DNA of 62,839 nt, the filler included, from Calcarisporiella thermophila CBS 279.70 (Eukaryota; Fungi; Calcarisporiellomycota): assembly GCF_041956535.1 (NCBI RefSeq). It is 4 parts of 3 records of this genome, joined end to end, with 100 filler letters (N's around TTAATTAATTAA, not from the genome) between each part and the next. Parts side by side here need not be neighbours in the genome. Positions count along the whole stretch, not along the records: positions 18,429 to 45,114 come from NW_027192219.1; 3 more parts are not named here. One strand, written 5' to 3'. Under the pieces are notes generated by a model. The model made no database searches, was not told the origin of the DNA, and saw only the letters and a list, made by a program, of their open reading frames with translations. Shown here one piece after another: positions 22,576-35,559 of this stretch. Within the stretch, counting starts at the first letter, position 1; each line of letters begins with the position of its first letter. The position numbers and the translations under genes were made by a program.

Positions 22576-24186
22576 AATATTTGTTAACCATTTTATTTTC
22601 CTTGGGAATAATTAGGATTTGCATTTTCGTATTTAATTTAGGTTTTATTGAAATTAAAAATTAAAAATTTTCACATTCCTTTATTACTAATTGGATTTCA
22701 CCCATGCTGCATCTCTTGTAATAGCTCAGTGTTCATTTGTGAACCGACTTCTTATGGATGCTAAGGAGCGAGGGATTGCTTCTATTCAGAAACAATCCTG
22801 AATAGCAAAACTAAGAATTGAAGACAAAATAGTGACACATTCTAAAATGCAATCAAATACTAATCTATGAATGAGAGTGGGCGTGAGAGTAGTTAAAAAT
22901 ATAAAAGGAAAGGAGTATTAGGTAAGAAAAGAATCCTTTAGATAGAAAAAGACATTGGTTTTCCTTGTAATCTTTCGGTCCGAGCTAAGCACTGATACAG
23001 TATTTTTAATTTTATTTTTTTATTACGATAAAGATTGCACTAAGTTAACCATTATTTTGCATACGAGTTTCGAACGTTAGCTAATTAGTTAATTCTATTT
23101 TATCGAACACTTGTGTTCTATAAAGAAATCATCGAGATTAATACGTTTGTACTCTATGCTAAATATAGTCGCACCCGAAGAAATATTGAATTCTATCCTA
23201 AATTCACTTTTGCCCAATCATAAAATCTACTAATATGCTTAAATTCAGATTTCTTTTACGAACCTTAAAGAAGATTAGAGACCTCGTATCCAAGTCATTA
23301 GGTTATGTTTTGATTCCCGCAGGCGAAATCTTTTGGCCAAATGAGTTTTTCTCAGTGTTTAAGACCATCAATAGTAGAGAAAGAAGCAATAATGCCTACA
23401 GAATTGTTAGCAAAAATCCGCGGGAGAAATCAAGTAAATATGAGTGGAGATAGAATCATAGATTTCGAAGCACATGCCTTTCTTTTTGTTCTTATGATAA
23501 AAAAATCAATGAGTAGGGTTGGAATTTGAATCTGTGTAAAAAAGAAAATCCAATTTCGAAGAAATGCTGAAAAAATGAATAGCTTCACTCACTTATTTTG
23601 AGACTTGTAAATATGACGTGGAGCTCACCAAGGTTAAAGTGTATTTGGTCTATTCCCTTCAAATAAAAATTAACAATCAGATATAGGATCTCTGCTTCCC
23701 AAAGGGAAAAGCAAAATTAACATTAAAGAAATACATTGTAGTGACCACTACTCGATTCACAAGAAGAACTAATTATCTTTATTATAGCAAAAGTTCAATT
23801 AATATATATACGTACATTACAAGGATAAGTTAATCAAGCAAGCTATTAATCACGCAAAATATTAATCAAGTAAGCTATTCATAGAATAAACTATCGTATT
23901 GTTACATACGTTCAATTATCCCGTTCATTTTGGAGAAAAGTGGCTTACTCATGAATATAACATGGAGTACACCATGCTTATGAACACTATCAACTTTTCT
24001 AAAGAAATGAAAGAGAGTGCGAAAATTGGGTTCAAGGATGCTATAACTAGTAATTCTATGAATGAGTTGGACGCCAAAATGGAAGATAGGATTCTGCGCA
24101 AAGGTATAAAAGGCCCCTACCAGAGAGAGAATGCTAGATAAACCAACATCTTTTACTCAAAAATTCCTAATTCTCTACCTCCAAAT

Positions 24187-24459
24187 ATGCGCTCTGCTCT
24201 ACTTCTGCTCGTTTTGACCATTGTCGGTGCTGTTTCCGCTGCTCCCAAGGCTGAACCTGCCGCCGAAATTCAAACCGTTGCCGACAATATTGAAGTTGGT
24301 GGCTTTGAGAAACTCGAGAAACGTGGGGAGGTTTGTTTGGATGACTGCAGCTGGTTCAATGCTGCAAAGTGCGAGCAAAGGTGCAGAAATCTTGGAAAGA
24401 AATTCAGTCGCATGGAAAAGTGCAGCTGGAAGAACGACAAACGATGCTGCTGCAAATAA
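24187..24459 (+). CDS. Secreted defensin-like prepropeptide (8-Cys, cationic mature peptide)
   Basis: Signal peptide, acidic pro-region and KR Kex2 site. Mature peptide GEVCLDDCSWFNAAKCEQRCRNLGKKFSRMEKCSWKNDKRCCCK. TATAAAA at ~24105. Confidence 0.85.
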   Translation: MRSALLLLVLTIVGAVSAAPKAEPAAEIQTVADNIEVGGFEKLEKRGEVCLDDCSWFNAAKCEQRCRNLGKKFSRMEKCSWKNDKRCCCK

Positions 24460-26612
24460 TAAGTCAGGGTTGTACTAGAGTGTTTTACTAAGTCTCTTCT
24501 TTTAAATCTATATCTTTATTGAAAATTTTAAAATAAAGATGCCCAATGTCCGAATATTTATTAAAGGAACAGACTTGAAAATTCAATCTCTCTACCGAAT
24601 ATTTGCCCGAAGAAAGATATAATAAATAATTTGTAAGATAAGTTATCTATTTAAAGAATAATTTCTCGTACAACCAGGTATGCCTAAATTCCATATCTCA
24701 GGCTTTCTCCGACTTATTTTAAAATCTATTGTTACTCCAGTAGGCACGGCTTGGTAAACCCGATTACTATCAATACGAAGGAGTGTATTGTCGTGGATCC
24801 TAACATGAATAAATTATCGAATGATGCCTCATATTTGGAACATTAATATGCAATTTGGATTCAAGTTTGCTCTATCTTCAAACTCATAATTTTCTTGCAA
24901 TTATTTTATACACTCAAGCTGGAAAGTAGGCAATAGTCCATTTCATCTAGCTGAGTTCGCCCCGGCATCTCGGATATTTCCGACCCCGTGACAGCATTCA
25001 TACTTATAGACCTGGTTGAAAATTTTAAATAAACGCAACAGCTCATTCCCATTATTTCAAGACCACGTAGGTTTATTCAAAATTAAAGCTATCTTTCACT
25101 TTTATTCTTATTACCACTACTTTCATTAATGTAAAAGTCGATGTGCAAAGTTTCCAAATTCAATTTAATTCTTTAACCCATAGTCAAAAGAATGTAAAGC
25201 CAGATAAATTAGCAATAAAAAAATACAATTGATGTATATAATGATATTGTATAAAAAAAATAATGGTAAGAAAAGATGAAATAAAATAAAAAGATGAAGA
25301 AATATATAATGAAGAATAATGACATAAAATTATTGCTAATATTATGAGTGATAAAATATGAATATGCCATTTAGCTCCGCCTAATTTTAATATGTCCCGT
25401 TGAATTTAAATCCTAATCCAAGGTTTTAGATTGTCGGAGTAAACCGCTGCATGGATCGTTTGAATTATTTCGATGATAATAAAGGAAATCAACTATGCGC
25501 CTTGTAACAATTCAATTGATAATTGATATTTAATATGAATACTTCAACTTTGTGCCCTGTTTTGCTTACTATCTACAAAATTTTGATACTGTCCCACTGG
25601 GATAGTCTTCCATCTCTGCTTCAAACCGCATTACAAATGTTCATAGTGAACTGGAAAAGATTCAGTTTATCATTCTATCTGTCATAAGAACATCTTATTT
25701 CGCCTAAACATCAGCAAAACGCTTACAAGAGGCATTACTTTACTTCGTCTCTAAAGTAAATGCTATTTGAAATGATTGCTGAGCTGTCATCAACTTATAT
25801 GTCCATGGCAGCATCCAAGAAAACTAGCTATCGAGTTTATTTTTATATACAGTATTTATATATCATTAGTATAATTCTGTATTAAATTTTCAAGTTTACA
25901 ATATATTTCTTTTTTCCTATATATCTCTATTATAAATATATTGATCTTTGCTGACCATGGCTGAAATATTCTTCTTTGCGACGAAAAAAAAAGTCGTACT
26001 GCATTATATTCAAGGGTTAAAATTATATATACTTTATTGCAGTATTTTTTTTTTAATTATAATAGTGCACCTCCATATCTTTGATCTAAGTAGCCCTCAT
26101 TATTATATTTATGCGTACCTACGACGATTTATTCTGCATCATTGTTATTGGCGCTCAATATACTTCAATGTTGATATCAAGCTTTTATTTAATAAGATCT
26201 TTCGGGCCGTATACTTTGTATAAACCGGTATTACTTTGCTTATGCATATGTTTTATAATCCACCACGGGAAATATTGATAAACTATGCTTTCTTTCAGAA
26301 TTTGGGCCAGTATATCTAATGTTATTTACTATTAGGGGTGGGAGGGATTAACAAGTTCAATTCTGCAGTATAAATCTAACTGCAAGCCAAGGAGATCATC
26401 GAAATTAGAAACAATAATATTCGCTTGTAACTTTGGTTGAATTAGTTCGAGTAGTTGAAGTTAAAGGAATATATTTTATTTACATTAAGCAGAGAAAAGA
26501 GTTCTACGTGTAATGTACTTCTATCGTTATATAGATCGAATAAAATATATTGTAAATCGAAACGTTTAGAGTATGAACAGGTGAAAAAACATGAGAAGTA
26601 CTAATCACAGAT

Positions 26613-29600
26613 TTAGATCTCGCCCTTCTTCGAGTTATCATCTTTATCTTTCGAAGGTTCAGAAGGTGATTTCTTCTCCTCTACTAGTGTGTTTATCTGG
26701 CTGCTCGGCATCGCTTTCCTCATAGGTACAGGATCGATGACACAGATATTTGTATCGCAATAGCGCTCCATCTCAGGGTCAGTTAAATCTTGGCTTCGTA
26801 CGTGCCTTAAGTCGAGTTTAGGAGGTGTGCGCGATCGACCAGAACCGGCCCCGAGAGGTGAGGGAGAGGGTGAAGGGGCGGAAGAAACAGACGAAGTAGA
26901 AGAGAATGAAGAATTAGGGGAAGGGGCTATTGTAGGGGTGGAAAATGGTGAAGAGGATTGCCTCGGAGGTTTTGGTGGCGTAGGCGTTGGAAGAGGTTTT
27001 AATCCCGCGATAATTTTGTCGTACTGTTCTGGAGTGATAGCCTCTATAGGCATCTGCGGATACGCACCCAAGCCGAGCCGCGGTAAAAAGGACACCCCCT
27101 TCAATTGGTATTGGAAATAATCGAGGGCATGTTGCAGGTGGTCACCCTCTGTCTCCGGATCGAAAGTGACGGTGCAACTCACTTGATTATCGGACCAATA
27201 CCGCTGCAAAAAAGCAGCAAGCGATAATTGTTCCCACATGCTCACCTCGCGTAGGCCTCTCACTCCCTCCCCGTGATCAATTGGGATTTCGACAACATAG
27301 GTATTTGGCTCCACGACGTCTTGCTCGATGTGATATCCGATGGAGCGGAGCGGTTCAATCATTTCTGAGAATTTCGAGAGCCTCACGCGTCTGATACAAA
27401 ACCGTGACTCTGGGTAATGCATTCCCGGGGTAGCGCCTGCGAGCAGCGAGACCGTTCCACTGGGTTTGATAGTTGTTGTTTTGATGGATTGTGGGATGCA
27501 GAGCCAATCGGACACCCTATGATTAAAGTAAAATAATTAGAACCTACAATACTCGTTTGCAAAAAAAAAGAACCACTTACTTTTTATCAATATTTTGTAT
27601 GTGATTATATCCTTTCTCGCACCACAGTTTCAATTCCTCTAGCCCCCTTTGGCTAATGAATTGTGCCACTCCACTAAGCCCGGTTCCAATCCTCCGGTTT
27701 CGTAGCATTACGGCATTACTTTCACGCCAATGTGTATTCCCTAGGGTCACTGTTTTCGCATACAAAAAAGCGCTTTCCAGCGTTCGCAGGAAGTCCTCTA
27801 GATTTGCATGGTTATTTGGAAAAACCTCAACCAAACAACATAGCTCGAACGACTCAAGTGTCTGCTCAAGGCAAGGGTTTCCACCTCTCGCACGATAATC
27901 CCGATCATTCGGAGGATCCGCCATCCGCCCAAAGCGCTTCGCGTTCTCCAGCCAAGCGAAGCCAGGCTCGCCATTGATCTTGACTCGCTCGCAAATCTTG
28001 TCATAGCTCATTCCAAGAGTCGCAAAAACCTGAAAAAAATCCGCAAATTTGTGAGAGCACTTATTTGATTTCATATATCAAAACTTCTTACAGAATTATT
28101 GCTCGTCCATCCAAATTCAGAACGATGCGGATTAACCTCATAGTTCTTCAAGTCGATATATTCATCATCCATTGGATCACCAAAGGCTATTTCTGCTGTA
28201 CGACGGACCTTTCATGCAAACATAGAAAGACGATATAGCTATCGGCAAAAAAAAAACGAAAATAAGATTCAAGATACTCACATTGCCACTCACAACGCAT
28301 TTTCCAATCATGTTCATTAAATCCACAATGGATGTAACCGTAATCGGGCTGCCAATATTTTTCTCAAGTGTCGAGCGTATGTTATCATGGAGTTCTTTAA
28401 GCGGTCCAGGCCCGGATGAAAGGCCACCAAACCCCTATTGTTTAAAAAAATAAATAATATTTCTTCTACATAGTTTGACAGTTGAGAGGACACACCTTTA
28501 TAGGCTGGCCTGCAGGTCGAATCTGGCTATAATCGAATTCTTGCACTCCCATGTTTTTCTCAAAGTAAGATTCAATAAGAAGGCCGACAGATTTTACCCA
28601 ACCTTTTTAATATAGAGTTCGCTTAGTACAACAGAGAGCTCATTGCAAATTAAACCTATAATTACCCTCCCTGCTATCTGGAATAATGTATTTCTGCACC
28701 GGTTTGCTTGTATTCGGCTCAATGACTAATATGTTACGATTTGCAGCTACTTGTGCGCCCTTTGTGTCAAAGCCAACGCCAACCCTAAGAAGAGAGAAAA
28801 AAAATGAGCATATAAATTTTTCGATTTAGTAAAGGTGGACCTACCCTAGCATTGCAGCATCCATTAAAAACGTGAATGGTGTGCTTGGAGCCGCGCGTCT
28901 ATCCCACATATTTTCGGTGCTAACAAAGGCACAATTGTTTAGCGCCGCGAACATTCCTCTCTCTTCTGTTAGCGGTGAGCCCATAGCCCATAAACCTGTC
29001 ACAAAAAAAAAGATAGGACACTTCGCCACTTTGCATCTAAAGATTGCTAAGCTCACCCCTTCCCGGAGGTAAGAATTTCATGTTGTATATTCTGTCATAC
29101 ATATTTTGAGCAGATGCCTGCGCCTTCCATGGGTCCCAGGGAAGACCGTTGTGATCAATGTGGCGCTTTTGCATGTTGAAAGTTCCATTAACAACTCTCT
29201 CTACAGTTTCCCACCTGGACAATCAAAAGGGAACAAATTAATTGAATTTTCTAATGCAATTTTGAAAAATAGGGAATACCATTGCTCTCGATCTCCATCT
29301 GCTTTAAGACGAGAATAAGTGCGTCGATATACAATTTCACCCAGACCATTGAATCCGAAAGGTGGAATTGCGTCTTTATATTTAGCAAGAAACTGTTTCG
29401 AAAGGCGAAAATCCCCTGCTTTAGGATGTTGGCAAGGTTCTTCGAATTCACCTCTAACTCCAGAGGCGCTTTCTTCTGCCGAGGATGAATCCGAAGCAGA
29501 AGAAAAGGAGCGCCAGGAGCAATAATCCGTATGCCAGTGCGAGAACGTAGACATAGTCGACGACCTGAAATCGTGAGTTTGTGGGAGCAGAGAAAACTTG

Positions 29601-29740
29601 GTACGGTGAGGTATAGAGAGCCTTTTCTGGGCGGTAAATAATCTTCGGCGGCAAATTAATATATGTGATTGCTTTCTAATACAAAAGCCGCGGGCTAAAT
29701 TAGCACACGTTTTTACACATGCGTATTGGGTAAAATACAT
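26613..29740 (-). CDS. nrdJ: Class II (adenosylcobalamin-dependent) ribonucleotide reductase, monomeric RTPR type, multi-exon
   Basis: Motifs: [28 protein letters not shown] (after splicing 29279-29215), [85 protein letters not shown] and C-terminal YCDTNIC. Multiple GT-AG introns. The start codon is uncertain. Confidence 0.93.
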
Positions 29741-29941
29741 TGATTAGAGAACAAAGATCGCAACAATTGAGAAAAAGGGTGATGAATGTTTCTCTTTGAT
29801 CTCGCGTGATATCGACTGAAACGACTTTTACACGAGAACCGAAAGTTTGGTAGCGATCGTGACTAATTGTGACTGCGACTTTCGAATCAATACTTAGTAA
29901 ACAAACCACTTTCCTCTCTCGTCGTCACAAATTGCATAATA

Positions 29942-30226
29942 ATGTCGGCAGCCAAGAATAACATCCCTCCCCTCCGTCTAGAAGTATGCTCTAGTGCTAT
30001 GGTTTCCCCTGATACTGCAGCGAAATTGCTGGACAAGTTTCTGCGCTCACCCGAGGCACAGAGTCTTGCAAGTAACACCGCCAGTGAATTGCTTACCGTG
30101 AAGCATGCGTTGTGTGGTGAAGATCCTTCAGAAAGCGCTGATGAAAAGGATTCAGAGGGTGAAACCGATAAAGAGATAGTGAAGAAAAAACAATTGTCGC
30201 AAGAGCTAAGTAGCGACAGTAGTTGA
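29942..30226 (+). CDS. Small protein resembling RNA polymerase I subunit A14/Ker1
   Basis: PLRLEV...VSPDTAAKLLDKFL..E...ASELLTVKHALCG followed by a charged tail parallels the A14 pattern (P.VI....VS..E...FL..FI...SQL.RI...F.G). It is divergent from nrdJ. Confidence 0.5.
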   Translation: MSAAKNNIPPLRLEVCSSAMVSPDTAAKLLDKFLRSPEAQSLASNTASELLTVKHALCGEDPSESADEKDSEGETDKEIVKKKQLSQELSSDSS

Positions 30227-30491
30227 AGTGGTAGGGAGGCTGGCCAGTGCTCGATCCAAGTGAAAACATATGTACCTGATGAATTTTTAGCCTTTCTTCG
30301 ATATCAATAGGTCAAGGAAAGCAGCTATATTATTTCTTGTAAATTTGCTAGTTTTTTTTATTGTTCGTATTCCATTTCAAGACGTCATTTTTCTAATTCC
30401 ATTAAGTTATTAAAAGTACAGACGTTAAAATTACGAAAGGGTATACAATAATCGAATTATCAAACGATACACGTGTAGTATTTCACAAAAG

Positions 30492-32710
30492 CTAGCGTTC
30501 CTCTTCCTTGAAGCGGTGATATATCTCATGTGCCTCCCGGACCCATAAGGGCATTTCAACTCCACATATTTTGCACTCCCACACTTTTCTCCCTCTTTCT
30601 TCCTTGCAGCCAATTTTTTGCTTTTTTGCTTCTCTATCAAAACTATTTTTGTTCTTCGTTAACGGCATTGGCTTCTGTAGCGGTATCGACTCTCCGCTGT
30701 TTGAGCCATCAGACTTGCGTTGCTGACGCTGGTGTTCAAGCAGCTCTTTACGAATATCTTCGGGCAGTTCCAAGAGTACAGCCGGATCTATAGAGGCCGG
30801 ATCAAACTCCTGGTACTCGTGCTCTGGTAATTTGGGCGGCTTTCGCTGATTAGTGGAAGGGGCGATATCAGCAGGGAAGTTACTGAGGAAATCAGCAATT
30901 GGATTGGAGGGCATGGTGGTGCTAAGGTTAGTGGCGGCCACATTGAATCTAGAGGAAGACAATTTGATGAGTTCCTAAATAGTAAGCGTGGTTACGAGAT
31001 ATAATTTCATCCTACAGAATAAAGTCGAATGGTCTTGAAAAGTCCACCAATCGCTTGAGCAGAGAAGCTGCCGTAGTCTCAACCAAGATTTTTGCCCTCT
31101 CTTCTTTTCCCCTTCGTAAATCGAACACCTCTACAGGCATTGGTGAACTCTTGGAGTGGCGCTTATCCATATACCACGTTTCCTCAACCCCTCCCCAAGG
31201 AAGATTAAAACCATTCACATTGGCACGTACGCTCAGCCGGAATGTTCGGGGATAACGGAGCCATTGGCCGCGGCCATTTTCTGTATCGTATTCAACCAGC
31301 TCGCCATCTAAACGCTCGATAAGGTCAACAGTAAGGGGAACGAGCTTTTCGAGGCAGGCGGAGAAGTCGGCGCATCTTCGGAAGCTGTCCTCTACAGAGA
31401 GCTGCTGAGGAAATTGTGGGGTAGGAATGACAGGAGAAGTGTCCACGCCGTGCAAAAGCATCCATAATCTTTCACCTTTCTCTGGTCCATACCACGATAT
31501 CATTTTGGCGCGTGAGAGTTTTGGAAGTATCTCTCCAACAGGAGTGTGCGGATCTATTGGCACGATCATGCTTTGTTCTACAGTAGTAGATGTAGAAGGG
31601 GACGATGACTGGAGCTGCTCGCCCATTATTTGCAGAGTTTTATAACCGAATCCGTTGATATCATGAATGCCTACAGTCGCCATATAATCGCGTCGTAGGG
31701 TGGGATCAGGGTCAAGTAAGGTTTGAAGGTTTGGCTTGCGCACACTTGCCATCAACTTGGCGAGCAGCTTTGAAGTTGAAATACCCGCGGAGACAGTGTA
31801 GCCAAGTTTTTCGTATATCATTTTCCCTAAAGGCGAATTATGAGCACCAGGAAGAAAAGAGAAAGCAACGCGAAACATTACGAATAAAACTGGCGAGATG
31901 GGACGCCAGCATTAGGCGGTCAAGCTGCGGTGAGCGATGGATCTCGTTTTCAAATTCTGAATAGGTAAAAATCCCATCTTTCGTGTAATAATGACCTGCC
32001 CAGCTTCCAGGTTCATGGTAAAAACCTATTAAATTGGTCATAAAAAAAGGTTGGCCCACCAAGAGAAGCATTCTCTTACCCTCGTCTATTTTGAAATTAG
32101 CGTCCATCTTTGACTTGACACGGAAGAAGCATCTTGCACTATTACATTCATGCTCCATGTGCTCATCTATCATTTCAGTTACATCTACATAGCGCTATTA
32201 GAGCCCATATATCAGACCAGAAGATATGGTCAATTTTGGTACCCATAAATAATTCATCAAGCCCCAACCGTTCAACTTTATTTCCACAAATGCCACGTAC
32301 TAATTCGAAAATCTTCCGGCTTTCCCTTCGATATGGAGTGAGATCTTCCCCGTTGATAATAACAAGTTTAGGGTAAACGCGGAGTGCCTGTCGAACCGGT
32401 GTCATTTTTTGAACCCCTAGAGCACGAGCGTGATAGTTACATGTAACCAAGAGAGCCTAAAATAATTAGTTCCCAATAGTTTTGATCAGACTGTTCATTA
32501 TAAATACCTTTTGTCGAATGCCGAAAGGGATATCTTTAAGTTCAGGATTCATAACTTGTTCTACCTGGCCACTGAAAAGATATGTGAATCAAAGCTTTAC
32601 GTCAAAATTGGAGTTCATTAATATTACTAGAAGAAATCCAGATCAGCCTCGATAATAAGGCGATCATTTTCTGTCCCAAGTGTGTAGTTAACATCGGAAC
32701 CCTCTAACAT
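30492..32710 (-). CDS. Y-family translesion DNA polymerase, Pol iota-like, multi-exon
   Basis: Spliced motifs RLIIEADLDFFYGQVE, LLVTCNYHAR, NGEDLTPYR, ERLGLDELFMDVT and SAGISTSKLLAKL..KPN. UBM-like IDPAVLLELPEDIRKEL and a C-terminal UBZ-like CKIC..H...H. Confidence 0.85.
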
Positions 32711-32861
32711 TGATCACTTGCAATATTAATACACCAACGTTGGACACCGCCATTGTATCGAAGCGACATAATATGTAGGTGGCTTGTGCAACGCGTCTCA
32801 ATCTGCAATCTAACTTCATATCTCGTGAAAACCGTTCTCCTTTTCCCACCCCTTGCCCAAC

Positions 32862-34041
32862 ATGCGTAAACTTCATTCCTTCCTTCTCCTTTTTATACTC
32901 TCACTTTTATCCTCCTCTTCAACAGCAGTTACTGCTCGTGTCTCTCCTTCGGAACATGCTGCCAAATTAAATTCCCTTAAAACTGATGGACTTATCCCTC
33001 TTGACAGCAAACTTTTTACGGAAACTATCGCTTCCCCTCGCGCCTATGGTCTAGTTGTTCTGCTCACCGCTATGGACGATAGGTTTAATTGCGTCCCTTG
33101 TCGCGATGTGGATCCTGAATATCGTTTATTAGCAAAGAGCTGGGAGAAGGCCAAGGATAACAATCGGTTGCTCTTTACCATATTGGATTTTAATCAAGGA
33201 CAAGAGGTCTATGCAAAGATGAAGCTGACGACTGCGCCGAATTTGTTTTATTTTCCACCGACCGAAGGATCTTATGCTGGACATAAATCCGGTCCTGTTC
33301 GCTATGATCTGAACAAGTAAGCCGCTTTGAGTTGCGCCTGCAATGCTAAAATTCTCTCAACCCGCATTTCCTAATGTACTATTGATATAGGGGCAATGAT
33401 GCTGAATCCCTTGCTGAATTCCTTACCGATTTGACCGGAATCTCTGTGCGGGTTCGCCGCCCATTAAGCTACTCACTCTTGCTTTCTGTTTGCACCCTCC
33501 TCATCGGTCCTGTGATTGCTTATGTATTTTTCCGCTCGCTTTTGGAGAAATTTTTCCTTAGTCGAAACACCTGGGCAGTCTTGACGATTGTAGGTTATTT
33601 TCTTGATCGATTCCTTTATCATTATTAACTCGCCTTTGAGATGTTCAGACCATTATATTTACTATGGTGAGCGGCTATATGTGGAACCAGATTAGAAAGC
33701 CTCCCTATTTTTCGGCACAAAAGGGAGGGATAAGCTATATCGCACCTGGATATCAGAATCAATTTGGAATCGAGAGCCAGATCATCGCCATCTTGTGTAA
33801 GTAGAGTTGACCTCCATTGCCCTTTCATATATCTAGCTCACTAAAATTCCCTTCATGTGCAGATGCCATCTGCGCAGCTTGCGCCCTCGCTCTAGCATTG
33901 GTGGCTCCGAAAATTCAGCGAAGCTGGCTACAGAGGATATTGATATATTCTACAATGTGTGTTCTCTTGCTTGGCTTGAGCACCATTTTTAAATTATTTA
34001 GTGTGAAGCAACCCAGCTACCCTTTCCGATTTTTCCCTTAG
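32862..34041 (+). CDS. OST3: Oligosaccharyltransferase gamma subunit (OST3/OST6 family)
   Basis: Signal peptide, thioredoxin-like domain with CVPC, SGYMWNQIR, QFGIESQI and C-terminal K.PSYPF. Three introns. Confidence 0.9.
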
Positions 34042-34255
34042 TTTTTTTACCCTTTCCACTATTTATTTGGAATTATTTAATGATTTATTTATTTATAATT
34101 TCGTTGTAACAATTAGAACATTGCTACCCATGTTTTGCTTGATAACCCTGCGGTGGTGAAGAGTTGAATGCTAATTTCTACGTTATGAGATGAAATCAAA
34201 CTGACATAGGTCTAGGGATGCTAGCACTGGCTCACCCCCCCCCTTCATCCGGCCC

Positions 34256-35448
34256 TCATCGCAGCACACCTTCATCAACTCGATTTCGATGTATTGCAAA
34301 AGCGGGTACCACCCAGCTACCGCATGAACACTGGTCACCCGACCAGTTAAAGGCGCCCAGCTTTGCCCCGCATTTGGGACAGTCAATCCTCCCGGCAACT
34401 ACACTGCCCTCACCGTCTGAACCAATGTTCCCAAACCAATCCATTGGCTCAACGAAAAAGGACGTGCAGAGTTGGGAAGAGGATAGCGAATGCGCCGGGT
34501 CCCGTTTATGATGAGAGAAGGAGGATTGACCCTGCCCAGGGGTATGTGGAATAATATTTTCAGTCGTAACTAGGGCACGGCGGCACTTTTTGCATTTGTA
34601 AATCCGTTGAGTATTCGGGGTGAGCCTCCTGCCCGCAAGCGCATTAGCTGCTCGCAGCTTTTCTGGATCCGGGCCCATAGGAATAGAGGCAACTAGTTTT
34701 TTTTTTCATCAACATGAACCCATTCAATGCACGCAAAGTACAAATACTTACTATCTGACACCCTCCACCTGTTTTCTATTAGAAATCTCCTATACACAGG
34801 GTTTTCTTTAGAAACCATATATCCTAGCTCTTCGTAGACTCTAAGCTGTTGATAAAAGCCCGGGTTGGGACTTAATAATCATGGTTAGCCAGCATTGTTC
34901 AGTTGACCGAGGGGATTGCGAGAACCTACCATATAACACTACGTGCTGCTCTCACCGTATCATATGCTTCCTCCAAGGTTAATTTTTGCGATTTCATCAA
35001 GTATGCAATCACTACCGTAGCACTTCGAGATATACCTGCCATACTGTTCATTTGTCTTAATATACCCTCATGGTTAATGTATTTCCTCTCGATCGCCCTT
35101 ACCAATGAACCAAAACTGTTCCTTCGGCTTTTATAGCGCTTTCGATGAAGACATAAGTATCCTCCAAATGCTCCAAGATATTTGACTCTGGAACATCCTC
35201 GATATCTATTTTTTTGTAAGAAAACAACTGGTGAAGGAATTAGTCGAGGGAAACGGCTCCTAGAAACATGATTCTGCCCCAGGCAATACCTCCGGAAATG
35301 GACAATTAGCGGGGCCCAGACATAGGATATGGGTGATCTTGTTTGCCTCTAGAGCTTTCTGGTCATATGCCGGAACAGAACTACTGATAAAGAGATTCGG
35401 GATGACCTGCTGCATAGCATTCTCGACCTCCGTCGACCCCTCGACCAT
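34256..35448 (-). CDS. YVH1: Dual-specificity phosphatase with C-terminal zinc-binding domain (Yvh1/DUSP12)
   Basis: Spliced catalytic loop VLVHCMAGISRSATVVIAYLM and PNPGF..QL. Zn domain CKKCRRAL..H..FFVEPMDW..CPKCGAKLG.FNWSG.QCSCG.WV.PAF. Confidence 0.92.
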
Positions 35449-35559
35449 TTTTCGATTTGAACGAAGAAAGCGTGACTTCGGCTTTGCCAAAACAGTTTGC
35501 AGGCAGCAGGCATCAGAGGCATTCTGAAACCAACCAGGAGCTTAACAGCGAACTGTCAA

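Noticed and set aside
25400-25830. Possible hAT transposase relic (VPCFAYYLQ)
   Set aside because: A single degenerate motif is insufficient support.
26827-27120. Antisense ORFs over nrdJ and other genes
   Set aside because: They are shadows of real coding sequence on the opposite strand and have no independent motifs.
29215-29279. nrdJ intron starting GTATTCCCT as a U12-type intron
   Set aside because: It does not match RTATCCTT and there is no TCCTTAAC branch site.
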